From contig NC_083284.1 of assembly GCF_963506605.1 (NCBI RefSeq), forward strand, positions 62,806,001 through 62,870,000: 64,000 nt of DNA. The letters run 5' to 3'. The notes beneath the pieces were generated by a model. It worked only from the letters and a program-made list of their open reading frames with translations. It had not been told where the DNA came from and did not search any database. Shown in pieces: positions 49,526 to 60,437 of the stretch (its first letter is position 1; the number at the start of each line of letters is the position of its first letter). The DNA is from Zootoca vivipara. Its lineage: Eukaryota. The position numbers and the translations under genes were made by a program.

Positions 49526-50587
49526 TCAAGTCTCTTGTATCTGCCCTTCTTCTTCCTCTTCTACCTCTACCTCGTTTTCCTCTTCTTTGGCGCTAGCTTC
49601 ATTTTCATCTTCCAGGCTGCTGTCTAGTTGTTCTTCTGCCGGTCTCACCCTTTCGCCACCTAACTCCTGCCAGTACTTTCTCCAGAAAATGTCCGCTTGC
49701 CCTACTGATCCAAACTTTCTCCGCCTTCCTTTGTAGAAAAAAGATAATCCCTCGGGATATTCCCATCGAAATATTATATTTTTCTTTTTTAGTGGTTTGG
49801 TTAAGAATTGGTATTTCTGTCGTTTCTGAATCAGTCTTGGCGGAATTTCCTTCAGGATCACTATCTCTACGCCGTTTATTTTCATCTTCTTTCTCCCTTT
49901 TTTCTGTAGGATTTTTTCCACTAGCCATCCGGCAGTGAAGGTGACCAAACAGTCTCCCGGCCAGTTGTTCTCTTTCGCTTTCTTTGAGCTCACTCTGAAG
50001 ACTTTTTCCACTCTTTCCTCAATCCCGTCCTTCTCCACCTCCAACCAACGTGCTATTTCCTCCACAATTAATTTCTCGATGTCTTCGTTGTCTTTCTCCG
50101 GGATATTTCGAAACCTCAGCGTCTTCTCTCTTAATTTTAATTGCATCATCGCAAGTGCATCCAGAGCGGCCTCCTGTAATGCTCTTTGTGTCTCTAAGTC
50201 TTTCCTCATCTTTTCCATCTCCTTTCTATCCTCTTTCTTTTCTTTATTTGCTTTCTGGATGCTATTTTCTAGTGCCAAGATTTTATTTTTCATCTCTTGA
50301 ATTTCTAATTCAGTTGCTTGACTTTTAGTCTCCACTTCTTTCAGCTCATTTTTAATTTCAGTCCTTTCTTTTTCACTTTGATCCATCTTTTCTTCCATTT
50401 TGTCAACTTTTTCCTCCAAAGATTTCACCCTGTCACTCATTTCTTTTTTTATTTCCGTCAAGTCCTTTTTGACCTCTCCTATATCACTTTTCAGGCTTAA
50501 AATGAGCTCCCTCAAGTCCATCTCTGCCTCCATTGTGGAACTCCTTCTTTGTTGTTGACTTCCTGTTCCTGCTAACTTTGGTGGCAT
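49526..50587 (-). CDS. L1 ORF1p (coiled coil, RRM/CTD, acidic tail)
   Basis: 353 aa; heptad-rich N-half, LRFRNIPE motif typical of L1 ORF1, position upstream of ORF2. Confidence 0.92.
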   Translation of the reverse strand: MPPKLAGTGSQQQRRSSTMEAEMDLRELILSLKSDIGEVKKDLTEIKKEMSDRVKSLEEKVDKMEEKMDQSEKERTEIKNELKEVETKSQATELEIQEMKNKILALENSIQKANKEKKEDRKEMEKMRKDLETQRALQEAALDALAMMQLKLREKTLRFRNIPEKDNEDIEKLIVEEIARWLEVEKDGIEERVEKVFRVSSKKAKENNWPGDCLVTFTAGWLVEKILQKKGRKKMKINGVEIVILKEIPPRLIQKRQKYQFLTKPLKKKNIIFRWEYPEGLSFFYKGRRRKFGSVGQADIFWRKYWQELGGERVRPAEEQLDSSLEDENEASAKEEENEVEVEEEEEGQIQET

Positions 50588-51816
50588 TGTGATTTTTTAA
50601 ACTGTTATTCACTGTAATTACTCTCTCAATCCACCAGATGGAGTCTGCACCTTGGCTTACTTAGGATGGACTGTCTCTTTAAATTCCTCCTCTGGCGTCG
50701 CTATTTAATTCAGTTGAAAAAGGACTGTCTTTCCAAGTTCTTCCTCTGGTGTCGCTGTTTTAAGTCACAATAGGTCTTTAACTCTCCTTTAAATCACCTC
50801 TCTTTGTCTTAACTCTCCCCCTATTTCCGGCTTCTTCTCTTAGCTTTTTTGCTCAGTCATCGTTAATACAAAGCGCCCACCATTTAAAAAAAAAAAACAA
50901 ATCTTTTAGCAATCAGTCTTTCTCTCATGCAGCACTGTAGCCCCTCAGAACCCCGCTCCTTCTCAGCCACTGCTCTCCAATCGCTCACCTCTCACGCAGT
51001 TATCTTTCTCAATCCTTTCTTCTCAGGCAAGGTTCAGTTGCATGCATTAGTTTGATATCAACAAACGGAAGACTTCACTTAAAGCAGCTTCATAAACTTT
51101 AAAATCTTTGTCTTACTTCAGATTTATTCCGGCAGCGCCTTTTAAGTTGTTTATGCTGTTTTCTCCTCACAGACTCTAGCTCCCTCCCCCTTCTTAGTGC
51201 TTTCCGCTCGCGTTGCTCTTCCCTCCTTCTTAAACTCCTTTGAGGCACCTTTCAATCTCAGTTCATGGGGGGGGGGGAATCCTCCTCGCGGCTCTTTGTT
51301 AAACCCACGCTCCGGTTCAAGGTAAGATTTAAAAAACGGAAATTTTACCGACCCTGGTCGCGTCGCTCTTGCAGGCTTTATATTAAGGAAGCTGGTCTTA
51401 GCGCCTCCGTGTCCAGGTCTCCTCCTCTCCTCAGCTTGCAGCGAGGGATGCCAGGAGCTCCTTTCAGACACAACCGGCTAGTTCAGTTGGGGATCGCCTC
51501 CCCAACCTTTATGGGGGCGCGGAATGCCGCCAGCACCCCTTTTTCCTTAATAAACTTTACCGAGGCTGCAGAGCTCTCGGCAAGAGCGCGTTACGCGTCC
51601 CGCGGCAAAACCGGAAGTCTTATGCAAGCCTGAGATAAAGAACCTCTGGCCTTCCAGATGTTGTAGAGTACAGCTCGCACTATCCCTGACCATTGACCAT
51701 GCTTACCCCAGTAAGCTCATGGGAGTTGCAGTCTAATAGCATCTGGCTCACAGGTTCCCCACACCTGGTGTAACTCAAAGTATGCATCCAAACTAGAATA
51801 GAAACCTACTTCCAGT

Positions 51817-52082
51817 CAGGGGCGGCTCGCCCATTGGCCCTAGTGGCACGGGGCGCCAGGGCGCTGAGGGGCGCCCCAGCAAGTGGGGGAGCTGCGCAGC
51901 GGCTTCCCTTTCCCTCCTCCTGGACGCCCGCCAGCCGCGCCGCTCGGAGGAGAGAGGTAAATGAGCGGAGCAGGGGCACTAGGACCCTGTTCCGCTCTGC
52001 CGCGGAGCTTTCCTTTTTTAAAAAAAAGAGTGGGGGGGGAGGGATCTGCACCAGGGCGCCCGATGACCTTAAGACGCTACTG
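51817..52082. mobile_element. GC-rich hAT MITE
   Basis: CAG...CTG termini; perfect TSD CTTCCAGT; shares GGCGCCAGG and CACCAGGGCGCCCGA motifs with 11425-11593. Confidence 0.85.
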
Positions 52083-53961
52083 CTTCCAGTCATGATTTCT
52101 GGTTCATGGTTGGTGCAAACCACCATTTGCCAGTTTGGATTGAGCACATGTTAACTTTGGTTTCCCCAAAGAAGGAACTGAGGAAGAAAATTAGAGTGTG
52201 CGAGGAAGTGCATAACTGCACTTTTCTTCCTCACTTCCTTCTTAAATAAAAACTTGCAGTTAATGAGTTTGTTAACCTAAGGTATAAAATGCATGTTCAA
52301 TGCTATACATTTTGTGTTTCACTGATATGGCCAGGACCTAAAATTGAAAGTCCTGTCTCTTCCAGCACTTGCACTTCTGCAGAGGGATTTTTGTTTTTTT
52401 TGAACAACAGGCACACTCAAATCACAAACTTCCCTTCTTGTTCAAAAGGCAAAGGAAGGGTTCAAAGAAAGCATAAGTCAAGAGTCACCTTGGAACATTG
52501 AACTAGCACAGTTCTTCAGATCATGGCCTATGTCCACTACCATATTACAGCACTCCAATTTTGCAATGCTCCTAAAGAAGCAGTCACACCATTATAATAG
52601 TGTGAGAGAGCTCATGGATCTCAAGCAAAGTCTCGTGAAAAATACCTACCGGTATTCTCAACTTCAAAAGCTTCCACATGGCCGAGAAGCCACCTAATGA
52701 CTAAAGTAAAAACCATTCCCCAAGTTTAAAATGCTACCCCAAAAACAATCTTAAGGAAATATTTTTTTAAAGATACATTTGTCCTTCAAATAACAAATAC
52801 CAGAACTAGTTTAGAGGCTCACTACATATTTGGCAGCAAAGTATTTTAAAAAATGTTTTTCTAAAGAAATATTTGTTTTACTTGGTATAAACAAGGGTCA
52901 CAATTATTTGAGCTTCTTCCAAATCAGGATCCCTTTTACGTGATAGGACTTTTAGAAAAGGACAAGATGTTTATGTTATGTTATGCTTTAGAACTATAAA
53001 TTTTGCATCCATTTGATGTTCGTAGCTGTGTGAAAATGTTCGGCTCTTTCCTAGAACATGATGTTAATAATAAACCAATACCCCCAAAAGAAACTAAAAC
53101 ATGCACAGTCCTCTACTTAATTGTTTTGTTCTTCAAACTTTATGTCAAACTGCTCCCAGAAATAGCCAAGCAAGTAAATGTTACCATCATTTTTTCACAT
53201 TGTAAAACAAAATGGGGCGTGGGGTAGACAGCAAACAGTGATCAATAATATATATTAACAAAAGTAACAAATAATAACATCATCTTGTGTTTGAGAGGAT
53301 TATTATTGCCATCAATATTTTGGGAGGTGGGTATCCCATGCTTTTAAGTCTCATTGTTATAACATAACATTCGCTGATTGAGACCAACAGTTCTCAAAGC
53401 AAAGGACACTCGAGCCATTCTGTTTTCACAATATGACATCATATAGCGACTAAAGATCAGAAATCCAGGCAAATTTGGAACAGAAGAAGTAAAACAGGTA
53501 GAGAAGGAACTATCAGCCTCTAGCTATCTGGAACAAATCTGCAATGCTGTTGTCACAACACATTTATCAGCAGTTTGAGGCATGTCAGTCCCAGCACTGT
53601 TACCCTACACTTTAGTTAATACCTACAGTGGCAGACTTTAGGCTCTCAAATTTCAGTGGCATGAGAAACTCCTGTCTCTCATGCTGCATTCTACAACACT
53701 ATTGTGCCCCCCCCCCCCCGCAGCACAGCGCCCAGTGCAGCCGAACCAGTCATGCTACCTTAAGACAACCTTTGACACCCAGATCCTGTGGTTCATGGAA
53801 TTACACATAGACTAGACAAGACTAATATTTACTAGCATGTGATCTGGAATGGAAAGAGGTATGTATACTGCAGGGTTAAAACTGGTTTATCAGTTATTCC
53901 CTTTCCTAGAGGAACTGCAATTCCATTCTTTGGAGAGCCTATGATAAGCCATATTTACTGT

Positions 53962-54024
53962 GGGGATGTGGGTGGTGCTGTGGTCTAAATCACTCAGCCT
54001 ATTGGGCTTGCCAATCAGAAGGTT
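53962..54024 (+). mobile_element. Sauria SINE 5' fragment
   Basis: Homologous to the SINE head only. Confidence 0.65.
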
Positions 54025-54871
54025 GTACAAACACAAAAGCAAATACTTTTATCACAAGTTATCTATGGTGTATCTACACTATTGAATCATATTAGTTTTA
54101 TACTAGTTCAGGTACCCCCTCAAAAAGCTACTGAGGGTGCTGAAAATTTTGACACCCCTGAACCACCACCAATCTACAGTTTTTGTTATTTTATGGGAAA
54201 AGGAAGTCACACTGGAAATAAAATGGCAAAAAAATATTAATGATCCCCAAATACACTGCCATATTCAGAGATAACTGTACTATGTGAATCTGTTCTCTGG
54301 ATAACAGAAGTTGAGAGTTAAAGACATATGGCACAAACATGATACTTATCACTCCCTAACTGCCCTATTTGCATCACTTTTATTGAACAATTTCTTTGTG
54401 CACATTGACACAGATGAATACCAAGTTTCCTAGAGTACTAATATAATTTGGTTTGAGAGGTCTTATATTCATGAAATAGGGGAAGCTCTGAATAAATGAA
54501 TGGATACTTTGTTTTACATATTGAGAACATAATCATATACAGCTTGTATGGAATAGAACTATTCACATCCACATCATGCATTTAAAGCACATTTATAGCA
54601 TTTTAACAGTCATGGCTTCCCATACAGGATCCTGGGAAGTGTAGTTTACCTCACAGAGCCACAATCCCAGCAGCTTTATAAAACTACAGTTCCCTGGATT
54701 CTTTGTGTGAAGTAACATATCTTAAATGTATGACATGGATGTCAAACCATCACAGAAGCTGCATCTCTCTACAATACAATTTATTTAAATGCCATCTTAA
54801 TTTGCAACACATTCTCTAAAAGAGCCGTTAATATCTCTCGGTTTGAATGTAAACAAAAATATATCACTTAC

Positions 54872-55288
54872 TTTTGTTTTATCATCAGCTTTGAATACGT
54901 AACAGATACTTTGGGGGTTTGTTGCTCCATCTTTTATTAAGCAGGCAAAGTAGCTTGGATCATGACTGTTGTGAATCAGTTTGTGGACATGCTGTGGCTT
55001 ACACTCAAATAGGCTGGAACAAATCAGAGGATCCCACTGCTGGGTTTTCCCTGTGTCTGCTTCACATCGCAGCCTGGTCGGCGAGACATAAAGCCGTATT
55101 TGGCTGGAGTTAGGCTCTTCCTTCAAGGAGTGTGTGCTGAGCTGCCGAATCTCTGCCACAATCCAAGGGAGCACTGGCATAGTGGTTAGAGAGTGTACTG
55201 GCAGAGAACCTACTAGCTGAAGACTAAAGTCTATTGAGCCATCACTGGTTGCTTCAGGATTTTTAACTTTGAACGATATGGGATCCAT
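54872..55288 (-). CDS. TBC1D1: TBC1D1 exon 2, first coding exon (N-terminal PTB domain); exon begins at 55329
   Basis: MDPISF...LQLVGSLPVHSLTTMPVLPWIVAEIR...HKLIHNSHDPSYFACLIK...CYVFKADDKTK matches the TBC1D1 N-terminus; acceptor TTTCAG| at 55330, donor AAA|GTAAGT; 417 nt coding. Confidence 0.97.
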
Positions 55289-55564
55289 GTTTGAGTCATC
55301 AAACAAATTTTTGATGAAGACTTATACTTCTGAAAGGAAAGATATTTACACGGTTAACACAATTTCCCTCTTTTGTCATTTAAGAGTCATGTCAGTGACT
55401 GTATAAAATTAAGCAATAAAATGAAAAGCTTCTTGTGTAATTATATATATCAGACATTAACAACAGTGATTCACACTTAGGGCATTACAGGAGTCGTCAT
55501 ATTTAAACATAGGGATGTTAAAGCCTCAGATGATCCTCAACCAGCTATAAAGTATATTTCATTA

Positions 55565-55808
55565 CAGTCATACCTCTGGTTGCGAATGTGATCCATGCAG
55601 GAGGCGTGTTCACAACCCAAAGCATTCGCAGCCTGAAGCCCTGCATCTGCGCACACGCGTGATGCAATGCGTGTGATGTCATTTTCTGTCTTTGTGCATG
55701 CGCGAGCGCCGAAACCCGGAAGTAACCCGTCTCGGTACTTCCGGGTTCGGCACAGTTCGCAACCCGAAAATGCACAACCTGCAGCGTTCGTAACCCGAGG
55801 TATGACTG
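55565..55808. mobile_element. Tc1/mariner MITE
   Basis: TA TSD; TIR CAGTCATACCTC. Confidence 0.88.
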
Positions 55809-55977
55809 TATTTAAAAGCCACAGCACTATAGTAGATTCATTCTGGTTTTTTGATATGGGTCCAATTATGAGCTACAACATTTTCATGCAAGGTTTTGTC
55901 TTCAGGCTCATTGAAAACACAAGAAAAAGCAAGACTGTTGTAGTCCAAATTAAAATATCCAAAGATTTTAAGAAATA

Positions 55978-56165
55978 CCGTACTTTTCCGTGTATAAGAC
56001 TAGGTTTTTGGTTTTTTTAATACTAAAAATAATGTTAAAAAGGGGGAGGTAATCTTATAGACAGGGGCAATCTCCCCCATTTTCTTAATTTTGAGTCCCC
56101 CAAAATAGGGGGCATCTTAATACACGGGGTGTGTGTGTGTGTGTGTTATACATGGAAAAATACGG
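55978..56165. mobile_element. Tc2-like MITE
   Basis: TA TSD; TIR CCGTA.TTTTCC.TGTATAA. Confidence 0.82.
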
Positions 56166-57604
56166 TAGCTTGTGTAACTACAGTTTTGCGATAAGAAAAC
56201 AAGTGTGGGAGGAGGAAGTAGGAGACAAAGATTGTGTGGATGTTGGGTCTTGATTTGGGGACTAAATGATGTGAACGACCCTTCCCCCTTTTTCTTGAGT
56301 TCATTTTGACTGCACATTAGCTTGCCCTTATCCTCTAGGAACTGGTCCTTTGACCTTCCTGGAGAGCATTCTTCTCAAGCCATATCAAACCTATAGCAAC
56401 CCATATATCTAGGGAGGTACAAAGGTGATGATACATCACACCACAAGGATCATATTACGTTTTCTGGTCTACTATTTTTATCCTGACTTAATGCTTGTTT
56501 GTAACATAATGAAAGTTTGTGTACTTTGACAAATGTTCTCCTTACTTAAAATATGCAGTGGCTCAGTTTATAAGCACATTAAGACGATTGAGAGCAACTG
56601 TCAACAGTTCATAGCCTTTTGAACTCTGAGAGAGATAGCAAGAGCGCCTCTTTTTCCATTTTATATAGTAATGTTCTTTTCGATCTCTGAGCTTAGCTAC
56701 AGTCACAAATCCCACCATCTGTACTGCAGTGAGGCTCCTAAATAATAGCTCAGGAGTATTAGCCTCTTTCCTAAATAACATGCAGTACATAAGCAATCTC
56801 TTAAAACTAGCCTAAAATAGGACACATGAGTTCAAATTCCCATGCAGCCACTCACAGATGGGAAAGTATCTAGTTTTAAAAGGAATGCTAGCATAAGAGA
56901 TAAAATAATGCTGCATAGAACTAAGAAAGAAACTGCTATACTTTATTATCAGAACAGATTATTATTCCTGGACACACATTTGGCTCCTCCTCACTTACTT
57001 ACTCAGAGATGGAGCATAAAATTTCTTTTCACCACAACTGATAAGAAAGCTGAAATTTGGTATATCAATCAACCAATCATTTTATTTGTAAGCCGCCTAT
57101 CCAAAATTAAAACCATGTTCAAGGCGGCTTACAACATATAAAAAAATCACATAACTACAAACATAACAAAAATGGTCAATAAACAATAAACAAAACATCA
57201 AAAAGTGCACAAAAGTATATGGATCGTCCAACTCCAGAGAAGGTTGAACATGTTACCTCTCCCTCATAACGTGGAGCATGGAGTCTAGTTCCTAACAGCA
57301 GTCAGTAAAGTGAAATTCAAGGCACAGATTAGACAACACGTTGAGAATGTGGGGAGGTCTTAATAACCCTCAGCTGAATGTGTGTACTGTATGTTTGATT
57401 TATAGTGGCAGCCGGAAAAGAGACTTGAAAAATGGGAGAAGCCACATATATTTGGGATTTTCTCCTCCACATACTTTTAACAGTAATGGTGAGAGACTTC
57501 TAGAGTGATACCAACTACTGTAAGTATTTTACCGTCATGTGTGTGTGCACATGTGCAACATCAGTGTGAATATTTTGAGATTAAGTGACCTGAGTATTTT
57601 AGCA

Positions 57605-57810
57605 CAGAGCTTTCTAAACTGTGTGTCGCGACATGTTAGTGTGTCGGCTGCAATGTGTAGGTGTGTTGCATGAACCCTCCCCGAGCTCCTCCTGGGGCTG
57701 GAAAGGGATTAGTTTAACCTCTGGTTTGCTAGTAAAACAGAATTACTGTGTTGCAAAATGATGCATGTGTAAAAAGTGTATTATCAACATGAAAAGTTTG
57801 GAATGCTCTT
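57605..57810. mobile_element. hAT MITE
   Basis: CAGAGCTTTCTAAACT terminus; TSD TTTTAGCA/CTTTAGCA. Confidence 0.75.
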
Positions 57811-57833
57811 CTTTAGCATCTTAGAAAGAATTA

Positions 57834-58187
57834 CAGTAAACCCACAACATACGCAGGAGTTACATTCTGGGGGTCGTGCCTAAACCCAAAACTACATATA
57901 GTTAAAGCCAGTGCTATTTTTCTAGAAAAAGAGGTGCCAGAACTCACCATGAACACCTCCCTTGTTCTCTTAGAATGGCAATGGTGCCCACCTGAGAGGT
58001 GCCGGAACTGAGTTCCCAGGAGTTTCAGCTGAAAAAAAGCCCTGGTCAAAGCACACTGAGTTGAATGGCGGATTGCTAAATCATTTCCCCCAGAACCGTG
58101 GCCGCTTTCTGTCCTCTTTATTTTATTTTTTGCCATGCACATATAGCTGAATGTGCACAAGTTAAATGCAAGTGAATTGTAGGCTTA
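57834..58187. mobile_element. Tc1/mariner-like MITE carrying a nested hAT MITE; right end abuts a Sauria SINE
   Basis: TA-CAGTAAACCCAC left end; GTAGGCTTA partial right end. Confidence 0.55.
57909..58044. mobile_element. hAT MITE (same family as 27092-27228)
   Basis: TSD GTTAAAGC/GTCAAAGC. Confidence 0.85.
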
Positions 58188-58189
58188 AA

Positions 58190-58537
58190 AGGTAAAGGTA
58201 AAGGTACCCCTGACCACTAGGTCCAGTCATGGATATCTCTGGGGTTGCGGCGCTCATCTCACTCTATAGGCTGAGGGAGCCGGCGTTTGTCCGCAGACAG
58301 TTTCCGGGTCATGTGGCCAGCATGACTAAGCTGCTTCTGGCTAACTAGAGCAGTGCACGGAAATGCTATTTACCATCCTGCCGGTATTTATCTACTTGCA
58401 CTTTGATGTGCTTTCAAACTGCTAGGTGGGCAGGAGCTGGGACCGAGCAATGGGAGCTCACCCCGTCGCAGGGATTCAAACCACTGACCTTTTGATCGGC
58501 AAGCCCTAGGCTCTGTGGTTTAGACCACAGCGCCACA
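58190..58537 (-). mobile_element. Sauria SINE
   Basis: Reverse-complement homologue of 318-676; possible TSD CTTAAA. Confidence 0.88.
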
Positions 58538-59064
58538 CTTAAATTAGGGCATTATCACTTTGTGCAGGTGCTTATAACAGTTCTAAGAATCCAGACTTTC
58601 CATTTGGAAAAACAACAACCCACACCTCTCTCAGAGATGAAGCCAGGAACCAAACAGCTTCATTGCTAGGTTCCTAAGGGGCAGGGCTTCTGGGGCAGGC
58701 CAGAGAGAAGACTCCAGGGGTCTGGTCTACTCCAGGAACATAAAAAGAGGACACAACCAACTTTTACCACAGTCCCCCGTTGATCTTTCCACCCATCCTC
58801 TAATGCTATTCTTTGTAATTTTGCTTTTACAGTATCTAATACTTAATTGTCACAACTTTCCTATGGCGGAAAAGGCACTGGGATGAATCCTTAGAAGGGA
58901 GCGGCAGGCAAGGGTCACCATATTTCAGCCAACGGAGATTCCCCTTAAGGGATCTTGGAGGGTAGTGATTTCTGTCCTGAAGCCCAGTTTGGAGGCTGAT
59001 GGGCCATGGCACCCCTGCCCCAGTGGCCAGGGGAGGTTCCCTGTAAGTGGTTCATACCGTGCAG

Positions 59065-60437
59065 TAGAGATGTGAAGGCCCAGGAAAAAAACCGGAAAAA
59101 TTAAAAAAAAAAACTTTTTTTGCATTTTTTTTCCTGAAGCCCTTTTTGTTTTTTTCCCAAAAACTGGAAAAATTGAAAAAATAAAAAATAGATTATGGGA
59201 TTGTGAGGGACAGGGGATATCGCGAAGTCCCTCCCCTCCTGAGTTCAAGCCCATCCCCGAGCACAGGGGAAAGCAGAGAGAGTTCCGATTCCAATGGGGA
59301 AGCAGGAAGTCGTGTCCGAGGCTCAGGCAAGGTAGAGGAGCCAGGGTCCCAGGTGGGACAGGAAGGGGCGAATAAGGGGGGGAGACCCATCCCCCCAACT
59401 CCGGAATTACGCAGAAAGAGGAGGGGAAAGAGGATGGGTCTGCCAAAGCTTTTGTGTTGGAGAAAGACGCGCCAAAAGCCATTCGGAGGTTCTGGAACCG
59501 ACTGACCACATCACTCCGTGTAAATAGCAATGACTTCAGCACTGTAAATACGCAGCACCAATAAAAGAATAAAATGCAGAGCTGCGTAGCGTCGTTACTC
59601 TGAAGTAGCCCACTCCGGCCACTGTGACAGGGATGTTTTATTTTAACATGATGAATAAAATATTTTAAGATAAGGGGTTCAAATATTTTATAAATCATTT
59701 TTAAAAAATATGTATGGTATCAGATTATTCTAATTTCTGTGAGGACAAGCAAGTCCTAGGTTACAAACTGAACTCTCCAATGCAAGAACAATATACATTT
59801 CTTCCTTTAGGAGGTGCTGTTGTCACCAGAAAAGAAAAAGGTTTCAGTTTTGTTTTTGCATACGTGTGGAATGCATTGGTTCTGTTTGTCTTCACTAGGC
59901 CTCAAAGCATTGGAAGAAAATATAGAGCAACAAAAAGGGCCTTAAAGTATATGTGTTGTTGTGGCAATCAGAGAAGTGTTATGAAAAAAAGAAAAGAAAT
60001 GAAAACATTTTAAACATTAAATGCTGTAAAACAGTCTTTAAAAAGTGAAATAAACTAATTTAAGCATATAGCAGTACCTAAAGTGGTTAACAGACCACAC
60101 ACATCAGTGTGAGGAAATACATACGGTCTCATGGGCAAAACATGGGAGGTGGAATAAGCATGTTGCATAGCAAACAGTGATGGATGACAAGTTACATTTC
60201 AGTTCATGTTTGGATACACTATATTTTTAATATGCTAGTTGTGACAATTTTATGCCCATTAAAATTATCCGTAGTTATATTTTATGCTTCTAAAGTAACA
60301 GAATGGCTTTCAATCTGGAAAAGTAAAAATAAGTGCTAATGTAATTTCTGCAAATTTTCGTTTCCCCCCCGGAAAAAAACGGGAAAAAACCAGGGTTTTT
60401 CCCGAGCTTCAAAATTTCTGGAAATTTTACATCTCTA
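59065..60437. mobile_element. Non-autonomous hAT element (1.37 kb including nested LTR)
   Basis: TIR TAGAGATGT; 8-bp TSD CCGTGCAG/CCATGCAG; subterminal GGAAAA repeats. Confidence 0.88.
59202..59629 (+). mobile_element. Solo LTR (428 bp)
   Basis: TGT...ACA termini, perfect 5-bp TSD GGGAT, AATAAA twice at ~59560-59573. Confidence 0.85.

Larger units (their letters stand above)
44941..51619 (-). mobile_element. Full-length L1-clade LINE (~6.7 kb)
   Basis: 5' end GACTTCCGG, ~1 kb 5'UTR, ORF1, ORF2, AATAAA plus short poly(A); TSD TTATGCAAGCCT at 44929-44940 and 51620-51631. Confidence 0.97.

Noticed and set aside
45641-50500. Plus-strand ORFs antisense to L1
   Set aside because: Shadow frames of the A-rich L1 ORFs
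51151-51633. ORFs in the L1 5'UTR (possible ORF0)
   Set aside because: The sense ORF has a GTG start; the antisense ORF runs out through the TSD into flanking DNA; no supporting motifs
58925-59698. 257-aa minus-strand ORF
   Set aside because: Crosses hAT and LTR boundaries and poly-T tracts; no transposase or gag motifs
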